From Chloroflexota bacterium (GTDB lineage: Bacteria; Chloroflexota; Limnocylindria; Limnocylindrales; CSP1-4): a DNA stretch of 39,591 nt. Below are positions 17,376-25,577 of this stretch, piece by piece (position 1 is the stretch's first letter; each line of letters begins with the position of its first letter). A program made the position numbers and the translations under genes. The stretch covers positions 1-39,591 of the forward strand of contig JAJYGK010000212.1 of the NCBI GenBank assembly GCA_021790715.1, read 5' to 3'. Below the pieces are notes generated by a model. It made no database searches, was not told where the DNA came from, and saw only the letters and a program-made list of their open reading frames with translations.

Positions 17376-18953
17376 TCAGGCCGCCAGCCCGGCGGTCTCT
17401 GGAGCGGCGGGGTCGCGCAGGTCGGCGGCGGCGAGGAGATCGCCCGGCGTGACGACGTCGCGGCACGCGAGATCGGCGATCGTGCGCGCCACGCGCAGGA
17501 CCCGGTGGATCCCGCGCGCAGAGAGACTGCGGCGAGCGGCCACCGTCGCCAGGAGCTCGCGACCGTCGGACGAGAGGCGGCAGCGCTCCACGGTCTCGCG
17601 GCCGGAGAGCCGCGCGTTCAGCCGGCCATCGTTCCGCCGGGACGCACGCACCCGTGCCTCCGCGATGCGGGGCGCGACGGCCGCCGTCCCCTCGGGCTCG
17701 GGACCGAGCAGGAGGTCGGCAGGACGGATGCGCGGCATCTCGACCCGCAGGTCGAGCCGGTCGAGGAGTGCGCCGCTCACCCGGCGCACGTAGCGCTCCG
17801 GCTCGCCGGGACGGCACGTGCACGGCCGTTCGAGGTCGCCGAAGTACCCGCAGGGGCACGGGTTCATCGCGGCCACGAGCTGGACCTCCGCCGGGAAGCG
17901 GACCGCCCCCTGTGCCCGAGCGATCACGACGCTCCCCTCCTCCAGCGGCTGGCGCAGCGCCTCGAGGACGTCCCTGTCGAACTCGGCCAGCTCATCCAGG
18001 AACAGCACGCCCTCGTGCGCGAGGCTGACCTCGCCCGGGGCGAGCCTCGGGCCCCCGCCCACGAGCGCGGCGTAGGAGGCGGTGTGGTGCGGGGCACGGA
18101 ACGGCCGGGCCCGGCGAAGGCCGTCCCCGGGACCCAGCAGCCCCGCGACGGACGCCACCACCGTGACCTCGAGCGCCTCCCGCTCGTCGAGCGGCGGCAG
18201 CAGGCCGGGGATCGTCCGGGCGAGCAGCGTCTTCCCGGCCCCCGGGGGACCGACGAGCAGGAGGCTGTGGCCGCCCGCGAGGGCGATCTCCAGCGCCCAG
18301 CGGGCGGCGGCCTGCCCGTGCACCTCGACGAGATCGACTCGGGCGTCCTCGCGCACGAGCGGCGCGTCGGACGCGGCGGTGTCCCGGAGCACGCCGGAGA
18401 CCGCGACCGGTGGAGCGCGCCTCGCCCGGGCGGCCCGCCTCCCGCGCGGGCCCGCGACGAGCCGGGCGGCGTCGTCCAGGCCGGCGAGCGGGACGACCTC
18501 GATCCCGTCCACCAGCGACGCCTCCGCGGCGTTGGCGGCCGGGACGCCCACCCGCCGCGCGCCGGCGCGGCGCAGCGTGTGCACCATGGGCAGGACGCCG
18601 GCCACCGGGTGGATCTCGCCGGTCAGCGAGAGCTCGCCGAGCAGTGCCCAGTCGCCGCCCGAGGCGACCACCTCGCCCGAGGCCACCATGATCCCGACGG
18701 CGATTGCGACGTCGTACGCGGCCCCGTGCTTGCGGCGGCCCGCGGGCGCGAGGTTGACGGTCACCCGTCCCTGCGGGTAGGCGTACCCGGTGTTGCGGAT
18801 CGCGCCGCGAACACGCTCCCGCGCCTCGGAGAGCGCGGCGTCCGGCAGCCCGACGATCTGGGTGACCGGCAGCCCGGGCGCGACGTCGACCTCCACGCGC
18901 ACCAGCGCGCCCTCGAGGCCGTCGACGACCGCGGTGATGAGCGTCGCGAGCAT
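17376..18953 (-). CDS. comM: YifB/ComM family Mg-chelatase-like ATPase
   Basis: 525-aa ORF: Lon-like N-domain (RVTVNLAPAGRRKHGAAYDVAIAVGI), AAA+ core (LLLVGPPGAGKTLLAR, GVLFLDELAEF), and a cysteine cluster (CPCGYFGDLERPCTC). Confidence 0.9.
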   Translation of the reverse strand: MLATLITAVVDGLEGALVRVEVDVAPGLPVTQIVGLPDAALSEARERVRGAIRNTGYAYPQGRVTVNLAPAGRRKHGAAYDVAIAVGIMVASGEVVASGGDWALLGELSLTGEIHPVAGVLPMVHTLRRAGARRVGVPAANAAEASLVDGIEVVPLAGLDDAARLVAGPRGRRAARARRAPPVAVSGVLRDTAASDAPLVREDARVDLVEVHGQAAARWALEIALAGGHSLLLVGPPGAGKTLLARTIPGLLPPLDEREALEVTVVASVAGLLGPGDGLRRARPFRAPHHTASYAALVGGGPRLAPGEVSLAHEGVLFLDELAEFDRDVLEALRQPLEEGSVVIARAQGAVRFPAEVQLVAAMNPCPCGYFGDLERPCTCRPGEPERYVRRVSGALLDRLDLRVEMPRIRPADLLLGPEPEGTAAVAPRIAEARVRASRRNDGRLNARLSGRETVERCRLSSDGRELLATVAARRSLSARGIHRVLRVARTIADLACRDVVTPGDLLAAADLRDPAAPETAGLAA

Positions 18954-18965
18954 GCGGCGAGCGTA
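18954..18965 (-). promoter_or_regulatory. -10-like TACGCT 6 nt upstream of comM ATG
   Basis: Forward agcgta at 18960..18965. Confidence 0.35.
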
Positions 18966-19045
18966 GGGCGGCCCGCTTCACACCGACTTCGCGGGGGCTC
19001 CACTCGCGCTCTACAGCCGCGGCCGGGATGCGGCCGGGGCCCGGG

Positions 19046-20239
19046 TCAGGTCGTCGCGGGCAGCAGCTCCGCCGCCTGCGCCTCGGCAGGGTCGAGCTTG
19101 TCGATCTGTCGCACGAATTCGACCACCGATCGCCCGAGCGCCGACTCCGGCCGGGCGACGGCGAACGGCGCACCTGTGTTCAGCGCCGTGATCGCGATCC
19201 GGTAGTCGTTGACGACCTGGAAGGCGATGCGGCGGCGCAGCGCGCGCTCGGCGTTCTTCACGGTGATCCCGGTGTAGGCAGTGGACCGGTTGAGGACGAG
19301 TTGGACGCGACCCGGCCCGATGCCGAGCTGCGCCATCGTCTCGAGCACCAGGCGCACGTTCTTCAGACAGGACAGGTCGGCGGTCATGACGACGAACACG
19401 AGGTCGGCCGCGGCGATGACGTCGAGGTTCGTCTCGTCGAGCCGCTTGTCGATGTCGATGACCACGTAGTCGTAGTGCTGCCGCAGGAGCCCGAGGATCT
19501 GGCTCATGTGGTGCTGCTCGTCGCTGACGAGCTCGGCGGTCTCGGGAGACGGCGGGGCAAGCAGCAGGTCGATCCCGGTGTCGTGGTGGATGAGCACCGA
19601 TCGCAGCAGGTCGTGGTCGATGCTCGGCGCGGCGACGACGTCGACGATCGACTTGCGGTCGAGGCCGAGGTCGAGGAAGACGCGGTGATCGCCGAACTGG
19701 AGGTTGCCGTCGACGAGCACGACGCCCCGGCCCTCCTCGCGCTGGAGGGCGATCGCGGCGTTGATGGCCAGCGTCGTCGTGCCCACGCCGCCCTTCGCGC
19801 CGTAGAAGGCGAGGACCCGGCCGGCCCGGGCGGTCCGGCTCGCCGGCTCGAGCGCGCGCGGGGCGAACCGGGCGAGGAGCGTGCGGATCCGCGCAAGCAG
19901 CTCCGCCGGGTGGAACGGCTTCACCAGGTAGTCGTCCGCCCCGGCGCGCAGACCGCGGACCTTCTGCTCGATGTCCGTCTCGGCCGTGACCATGATGATC
20001 GGGATGTGGGCCGAGGCACCCTCGTCCGCCCGGATCTTCTGGGCGACCTGGTATCCGTCCACCTTGGGGAGCATGACGTCGAGCAGGAGCAGGTCGGGAT
20101 GCTCGCGCTCGAGCAGGCGCAGCGCCTCCGCGCCGTCGACGGCCGTGAGGACCGCGAAGCCCTCCTGCTTCAGCGTGAAGCCCAACACGCGCTGGATGTC
20201 GGGATCGTCGTCGACGACGAGGATCTTGGCGGTTGCCAT
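19046..20239 (-). CDS. response-regulator receiver fused to CpaE/TadZ/ParA-like ATPase
   Basis: REC domain (ILVVDDDPD, DLLLLDVMLPKVDG, IIMVTA, VKPF) followed by AFYGAKGGVGTTTLAINAA (P-loop without the GK[ST] lysine) and VVIDIDKRLD. Confidence 0.85.
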   Translation of the reverse strand: MATAKILVVDDDPDIQRVLGFTLKQEGFAVLTAVDGAEALRLLEREHPDLLLLDVMLPKVDGYQVAQKIRADEGASAHIPIIMVTAETDIEQKVRGLRAGADDYLVKPFHPAELLARIRTLLARFAPRALEPASRTARAGRVLAFYGAKGGVGTTTLAINAAIALQREEGRGVVLVDGNLQFGDHRVFLDLGLDRKSIVDVVAAPSIDHDLLRSVLIHHDTGIDLLLAPPSPETAELVSDEQHHMSQILGLLRQHYDYVVIDIDKRLDETNLDVIAAADLVFVVMTADLSCLKNVRLVLETMAQLGIGPGRVQLVLNRSTAYTGITVKNAERALRRRIAFQVVNDYRIAITALNTGAPFAVARPESALGRSVVEFVRQIDKLDPAEAQAAELLPATT

Positions 20240-20282
20240 CGGACCTCTCAGCGATCGGACAGCGTGGATCGCCCGGATGATA
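20240..20282 (-). promoter_or_regulatory. candidate promoter and SD of the receiver::CpaE-like gene
   Basis: TATCAT (20282..20277), a leader of about 30 nt, then GAGAGG (20249..20244) 4 nt before the ATG. Confidence 0.4.
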
Positions 20283-20284
20283 GC

Positions 20285-20363
20285 CGGACACGCGCCACAG
20301 GACGCGTCTCGCGCGCGGCGCGGACGTTCGCGGACACGCGCCCATGCTCGCGGATGCTCGCGG
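20285..20363. repeat. direct repeats in the intergenic region upstream of the receiver::CpaE-like gene
   Basis: cggacacgcgcc at 20285-20296 and at 20331-20342. atgctcgcgg appears twice in tandem at 20344-20363. Confidence 0.8.
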
Positions 20364-20395
20364 CCCGCGGGCCGCCGGCCCCGCCGGAAGGAGAA

Positions 20396-21376
20396 TCAGC
20401 TCGCGCCGGGACCGCCCGACGGCGACGCGCTCGCACTCCCGGCACCGGAGGCACCCTCGGGGCGCGACCCGAGCGGGACGCCACGGCCGCCGTCGCCGCC
20501 GGCCATCCCGCGATCGACGAACCCGGAGATCGGGCGGAGCAGCTCGGTGAACTCGACCGGGATCACGAACTTCGTCGCGGGTCCCGCGCCCAGCGTCTTC
20601 AGCGCGTCCAGGTACTGCAGCGCCATCGTCTTCTCGTCGATGCCCTTCGCCGCGCTGAAGATCCGGTTGAGGGCCTCGCTGAACCCCTCGGCGCGCAGGA
20701 TCGCCGCCTGCCGGTCGCCCTCGGCGCGCAGGATCGCCGACTGCTTGTCGCCCTCGGCGACGTTGATCGTCGACTGCCGGGTACCCTCCGACTCGGTGAT
20801 GACGGCACGCCGCGTGCGCTCGGCCGAGAGCTGCCGGTTCATCGCCTCCTGCACGTCGCGCGGCGGCGTGATCTCCCGGATCTCGACCGTCGTGACCTTG
20901 CCGCCCCAGCGCTCGGTGACCTCGTCGAGCTTGGCGCGCAGGATCTCGTTGATCTGCTCGCGCTTCGACAGCACCTCGTCGAGCATGATGTCGCCGATGA
21001 CGGCGCGCAGCGTCGTCGTCGCGACGCCCTGCAGGGCGCCGGCGAAGTACGCCACCTGCACGACGCTCTTGAGCGGGTCGACGATCCGCCAGTAGATCAG
21101 GAAGTCGACGTTGATCGGGGCGTTGTCCTTCGTGATCGTGGTCTGGCTGGGGACCTCGATGAACTGCTCGCGCAGGTCGACGGTGGTCGGCCGGTCCACG
21201 ACCGGGATCAGGAACACGAGCCCCGGGCCCTTCACCAGGTCCGGTCCCGTCCGCCCGAAGCGGAAGACGACGAGTCGGGCGTACTCGTTCACGATCCGCA
21301 CCGACAGGTAGACCAGCCCGAGCACGACGACGATGACCAGGATGAGCGTGGCCAGCGCGACCGGGTCGAGGTTCAT
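20396..21376 (-). CDS. SPFH/band-7 (stomatin-like) membrane protein
   Basis: N-terminal TM, then VVFRFGR...GPGLVFLIPVVD...VDFLIYWRIVDP...AMNRQLSAER. Gly/Ser-rich tail. Confidence 0.9.
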   Translation of the reverse strand: MNLDPVALATLILVIVVVLGLVYLSVRIVNEYARLVVFRFGRTGPDLVKGPGLVFLIPVVDRPTTVDLREQFIEVPSQTTITKDNAPINVDFLIYWRIVDPLKSVVQVAYFAGALQGVATTTLRAVIGDIMLDEVLSKREQINEILRAKLDEVTERWGGKVTTVEIREITPPRDVQEAMNRQLSAERTRRAVITESEGTRQSTINVAEGDKQSAILRAEGDRQAAILRAEGFSEALNRIFSAAKGIDEKTMALQYLDALKTLGAGPATKFVIPVEFTELLRPISGFVDRGMAGGDGGRGVPLGSRPEGASGAGSASASPSGGPGAS

Positions 21377-22749
21377 GTGCGCGACACCTCCACGTCAGCC
21401 GACCCGCGCGGATCGGCACGCTCCACGAGCAGGACGAGCCCCTGCTGACCCACCACCCGGACGCGGGTCCCGCGGTCGAGCACCGCCCCGTCCGCGCTCC
21501 GGGCGCTCCATTCCTCGCCGCCGGCGTACACGGTGCCCTCCGGCGCGAGCGGACGCCGCACGCTCGCCGCCATCCCCGGCGGCACCGGGAGGGTGCCGTC
21601 GGGCGTGCTTCCGCCGAGGCCCAGCGGCAGCCTGGCCCGCCGGCGGATCCGCCACGCCGCGGAAACCACGACGAGCATGAATGCGGCGGTGACCAGCACC
21701 ATCACCGCGATGACCGGCCAGGCCACCCCGACCCCCTGCTCGCCCGGACCCGGGCCGGTGTAGAGCGCGCCGGCACCGAGCACGAACACCACGATGCCCG
21801 CCAGCGTGAGCAGGCCGTGGCTCGGGACGGTCAGGTCGGCGACGAAGAGCCCGAGCGCCAGCACGATCAGGAGCAGCCCGGCCAGGTTGAGGGGGAGACT
21901 CCCGAACCCCAGGAACGCGAGGATCAGCGCCACTCCTCCCGCCGTGCCCGACAGGAGGTTGGGGTGGACGAACTCGAGGATGAGCCCGTAGGCCCCGAGC
22001 ACGAACAGGATGAAGGCGAGGTTCGGGTCCGCCAGGAGATGCAGGAAGGACTGGAGCGGGTTCATCCCGACATCCTGCACCTGCGCGCCGGTCAGCTCGA
22101 GCGTCACGGTCCGGCCGCCCACCTGCACCTGCCGGCCGGTCGCGAACGCCAGCACGTCGGGGAGCGTGGCGGCGATGCCGTCCACGGCATGCTCGGACAC
22201 GGCCTCGGTGGCCGACGACGACGTCGCGTTCCTGACGGCCGAGACCGCCCACGAGACGTTCCGCCCGCGCGCCTCCGCGATCGAGGTGATGCTCGAGACA
22301 GCGAAGCTCATCGTCTTCGCCGCCTCCGTTCCGGTCAGGTCCTGGCCGCCGGCGCCGACCGGCGACGCCGCGCCGATGTTCGTGCCGGGTGCCATGACGG
22401 CGACGGCCCCGGCGAGCGTGATGAAGGTCCCGGCGCTCGCCGCCCATGCCCCCTGGGGCCCCACCCACGTGATGACCGGGATCGATGCCCCGAGGATGTC
22501 CTGCGTGATCGAGCGCGTCGAATCGAGCGATCCGCCCGGCGTGTCGATGCGGAGGACGACGGCCGCGGCCCCCTCCTGCGCCGCCCGCGCGATCCCGTCG
22601 TGCACGTACCCGGCCATGACCTGGTCCACGATGCCGGTGAGGGACAGGACAGCGACACGCGGCGGCGCGGCCGCGGCGAACCCGACCGGCGCGGCACACA
22701 CGCCGAGCGCGACGGCGAGGACGACGATCGCCCGGAGCACCAGTCGCAT
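21373..22749 (-). CDS. NfeD-family membrane-bound ClpP-class serine protease
   Basis: Signal/TM segment MRLVLRAIVVLAVAL, then VLRIDTPGGSLDS...GAWAASAGTFITLA, several TM segments and a C-terminal NfeD OB domain. ATG 22749 has GGAGG 8 nt upstream. Its stop overlaps the SPFH start as ATGA. Confidence 0.85.
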   Translation of the reverse strand: MRLVLRAIVVLAVALGVCAAPVGFAAAAPPRVAVLSLTGIVDQVMAGYVHDGIARAAQEGAAAVVLRIDTPGGSLDSTRSITQDILGASIPVITWVGPQGAWAASAGTFITLAGAVAVMAPGTNIGAASPVGAGGQDLTGTEAAKTMSFAVSSITSIAEARGRNVSWAVSAVRNATSSSATEAVSEHAVDGIAATLPDVLAFATGRQVQVGGRTVTLELTGAQVQDVGMNPLQSFLHLLADPNLAFILFVLGAYGLILEFVHPNLLSGTAGGVALILAFLGFGSLPLNLAGLLLIVLALGLFVADLTVPSHGLLTLAGIVVFVLGAGALYTGPGPGEQGVGVAWPVIAVMVLVTAAFMLVVVSAAWRIRRRARLPLGLGGSTPDGTLPVPPGMAASVRRPLAPEGTVYAGGEEWSARSADGAVLDRGTRVRVVGQQGLVLLVERADPRGSADVEVSRT

Positions 22750-22810
22750 CGCGCGAACCTCCGGCCTCATCGTACGGCGCAGCCCAAGGGCCGGACGGAC
22801 CATGGGCAGG

Positions 22811-23395
22811 TCAGCCCCGCCTCGGCAGCACGTGCTCCAGCAGCAGCTGGCTCCATGTCTCCATCCGGCCGTGCGCGGCCCACAGCGCGTCGGCGTCCGC
22901 GAACGCGCCGCTGAGCTTCGCGGTTTCCCGGATCGCGACCGGCCGGCCGCGTGCGTCGGCCTCGTACACCACGCCGAGGTGCACCGAGCCGACCGGGTCC
23001 GAGTCGTCGTTGAGCAGGCCGACCAGCCGGACCTGCGGGTCGAAGGCCGCGTCGAGCTCCTCGTGCCACTCGCGCAGCAGGGCCGCCCCGATGCCGTCGT
23101 CGCCGGGATTCACGTGGCCCCCGACGCCGATCGTGAACCGTTCGTGGAGCCGCTCGTCGGCCCCCGCGCGGGTCCGGCGCATCAGGAAGAGCCGCGCTCC
23201 ATCCCGCAGCACCAGGTACGGGATGAGTTGCTTCCAGGACGCGTCCCGCTCCGCCTCGGGCCGCGGACGGAACGTCGCCACCGCGAGTGCCCGGGACACC
23301 AGCGCCTCCGCGCCGTCCGCCCGCACCCCGCGCCACCCGGTGCCATGCCAGAGCGCACCGCGCGGCGCACCCAGGACCAGCTCGACGTCAGGCAT
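22811..23395 (-). CDS. NUDIX-family hydrolase (slightly non-canonical Nudix box)
   Basis: GGHVNPGDDGIGAALLREWHEELD approximates Gx5Ex7REUxEExGU. Start overlaps the tyrA stop by 8 nt. Confidence 0.6.
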   Translation of the reverse strand: MPDVELVLGAPRGALWHGTGWRGVRADGAEALVSRALAVATFRPRPEAERDASWKQLIPYLVLRDGARLFLMRRTRAGADERLHERFTIGVGGHVNPGDDGIGAALLREWHEELDAAFDPQVRLVGLLNDDSDPVGSVHLGVVYEADARGRPVAIRETAKLSGAFADADALWAAHGRMETWSQLLLEHVLPRRG

Positions 23396-24257
23396 CGCGC
23401 TCGACCAGCGCGGCCCGGGTGCGCTCGAACCGATCCCTCAGGGCGCCGGCGTCCGCGGCGACGGGCTCGGGCGGGAGCCCGGCGACCTCCGCGCGCCAGG
23501 ACGCGAGCGTCGCCGCGAAGCGATCGAGCCAGGCCAGGACCTCGTCGCGGTTGAGCGCCACGATGCCCGCGCCGAGGTCGGGGTCGCCGCGCGCAACGCG
23601 CGTCGCGTCGCGCCAGCCGCCGGCCGCCAATCGGGACGCGTCGCTCCATGCCGGCCCGGACGTGACAGCCTCGGCGAGCGCCGCGGCCACGACCAGCGGC
23701 AGGTGGCTGATGGCGGCGACGAGGTGGTCGTGCTCGGCGGGCTCGAGGGTGACGGGGCGCCCGCCGCACGCGGCGACGAGCGCACCGACGCGGGCGAGAT
23801 CCTCCGCGCACGTGGCCGGCGACGGCAGCACGATCCACGGGCGGCCCGCGAACAGGTCGGCGCGGGCGGCCTCGTAGCCGCGGCCCTCCAGTCCGGCCAT
23901 CGGGTGGCCGCCGACGTACCGGAGGCCGGGCACGGCCTCCGCCGCGCGCGCGATGCGGACGTGCGCCGACGTGACGTCCATGAGGGTCGCCCCGGCCGCG
24001 GCGACGGCGGGCCCCAGCGTGTGCACGAGGTCGAGGTTCGCGAGCGGGCTGGCGGCAAGCAGCACCAGCTCGGCCCCGGCGACCGCGTCTCCGGCCGATG
24101 GCGCCACGACGTCCACCACGCCGTCGGCGAGGGCGGCCCGCGGCCCGTCCTCGCTCCGGCTCCAGGCGGTCACGTGCCAGCGGCCGGCGTCGCGTGCCGC
24201 GAGCGCGCGTGCCACCGAGCCGCCGATGAGCCCGAACCCCACGATCGACAGTCGCAT
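23388..24257 (-). CDS. tyrA: prephenate/arogenate dehydrogenase
   Basis: MRLSIVGFGLIGGS (Rossmann fold), DVTSAHV, YVGGHPMAG. Confidence 0.85.
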   Translation of the reverse strand: MRLSIVGFGLIGGSVARALAARDAGRWHVTAWSRSEDGPRAALADGVVDVVAPSAGDAVAGAELVLLAASPLANLDLVHTLGPAVAAAGATLMDVTSAHVRIARAAEAVPGLRYVGGHPMAGLEGRGYEAARADLFAGRPWIVLPSPATCAEDLARVGALVAACGGRPVTLEPAEHDHLVAAISHLPLVVAAALAEAVTSGPAWSDASRLAAGGWRDATRVARGDPDLGAGIVALNRDEVLAWLDRFAATLASWRAEVAGLPPEPVAADAGALRDRFERTRAALVERDA

Positions 24258-24269
24258 CCGCGGAGTCTA
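24258..24269 (-). promoter_or_regulatory. -10-like TAGACT 6 nt upstream of tyrA ATG (leaderless-type)
   Basis: Forward agtcta at 24264..24269. Same hexamer and spacing as at hisS. Confidence 0.45.
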
Positions 24270-24361
24270 CGGGACCCGCGCCGGGGCGCGATCGAGGTCG
24301 CGAGGCGTTTCCCGACCGTCACGCCGAACCCGCCGATTCAATGCCCGCACGCAGATCCCGG

Positions 24362-24394
24362 TGATATCCTCAGCCGCTCACGGGAGGAAGCGTC
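24362..24394 (+). promoter_or_regulatory. extended -10 (TGaTATCCT) and SD for the LuxR-type regulator
   Basis: TG at 24362-63, TATCCT at 24365-70, GGGAGGAAG at 24382-90, TTG at 24395. Confidence 0.45.
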
Positions 24395-25084
24395 TTGCCG
24401 GCTCTGCAGCACACGCCGATCCGGGTCCTGCTCGTAGACGACCATCAACTGCTCACCGATGCCCTCTCGCGCGTGCTCGAGCGCGAGCCCGACATCCAGG
24501 TCGTGGGCGTGGCACCCACCGTCTCCGACGTCCGAGAGGCGCCGCGCGCGGGCGTGGACGTCGTCCTCATGGACTACCGGCTGCCCGACGGCACGGGGTC
24601 GGAGGCGACGCGGATCGTCAAGACGCGCTGGCCGAGCGCCAGGGTCGTCATGCTCACCGCCATCACGGACGACGAGACGGTGCTCGAGTCGATCCAGGCC
24701 GGCGCCGACGGCTACCTGACCAAGGACCGCGCCGTGGCGGAGGTGGTCCAGGCCGTCCGGTCGGCGCACGCCGGCGAGATCCTGCTGCCGCGATCGGTCA
24801 TCGTCGACATCGCGCGACGCGTCGTGGCGGCCCGCGACCGCCAGCAGGATCGGGTGTTCGTCGAGCCGCTCACCCCGCGCGAGCTCGAGGTGCTGCGCGC
24901 GCTCACCGAGGGGCTCGCCTCCCCGGACATCTGCGAGCGGCTGGGCATCACGCCGAACACGCTGCGCACCCACGTCCAGAACATCATGGGCAAGCTCCAC
25001 GTGCACTCGAAGCTCGAGGCGGTCGCGTTCGCGCTGCGCCACCGCCTGGTCGAGCCGCCCCGCCCGGAGGGAACCCTCTTCTAG
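24395..25084 (+). CDS. NarL/FixJ-type response regulator (REC + LuxR HTH)
   Basis: VLLVDDHQLL, VVLMDYRLPDG, MLTA, YLTKD. HTH region LTPRELEVLRALTEGLASPDICERLGITPNTLRTHVQNIMGKL. TTG start with GGGAGGAAG upstream. Confidence 0.9.
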   Translation: MPALQHTPIRVLLVDDHQLLTDALSRVLEREPDIQVVGVAPTVSDVREAPRAGVDVVLMDYRLPDGTGSEATRIVKTRWPSARVVMLTAITDDETVLESIQAGADGYLTKDRAVAEVVQAVRSAHAGEILLPRSVIVDIARRVVAARDRQQDRVFVEPLTPRELEVLRALTEGLASPDICERLGITPNTLRTHVQNIMGKLHVHSKLEAVAFALRHRLVEPPRPEGTLF

Positions 25085-25157
25085 CTCCCCTCGCCCGAGT
25101 GCTCACGGGCACATCCGAGCGCTCCGGGAGTGTCGAGACGGCGCGCCGGCAGTCGGT

Positions 25158-25400
25158 TCAGGGCGTCGCGCGACGATCGTTTCCCGAGCGCCGCTCCGTC
25201 CTGCGTCGCTCGCGACCCGGCGGACCGGGGATCTCCGGCGGGTTCCGTCGCCGCGTGGACAGGCGCCGGGCGTGCTCGCGCCGCTCGAGCTCCAGCGCCT
25301 CGCCGCAGCGCGGGCAGCGCCGCTCGTCGGGGAGCAGCACCTCCAGCGGGTCGCTCATGTAGATCCGGCGTCCACAGGTCCGGCAGGCCAGCAGCGGCAC
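25158..25400 (-). CDS. zinc-ribbon miniprotein with Arg-rich tail
   Basis: 80 aa: CRTCGRR...(19 aa)...CPRCGE followed by ERREHARRLSTRRRN...RERRRTERRSGNDRR. GTG start preceded by GAGAGAGTGGG. Confidence 0.5.
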   Translation of the reverse strand: MPLLACRTCGRRIYMSDPLEVLLPDERRCPRCGEALELERREHARRLSTRRRNPPEIPGPPGRERRRTERRSGNDRRATP

Positions 25401-25529
25401 GTGCCCACTCTCTCACAGTCGAGTGCCGTTCCGCACGCCGCCGGCGCGATCCCGGGCACCGCCTGACCCCCCGACCGGCGCGGTCCCAGGCCCCCGCGCC
25501 GCGTGGTACGCCGCCCGGCGACCGGGTAC

Positions 25530-25560
25530 GGGGGCGCCCGACACGAGGCCGGACGCCCCC
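25530..25560 (-). terminator. hairpin downstream of trpB2
   Basis: 11-bp stem with a 9-nt loop. Its one imperfect pair is G.U only on the minus strand. No U tract. Confidence 0.4.
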
Positions 25561-25577
25561 CGGTCCTGCGGGGCCGG

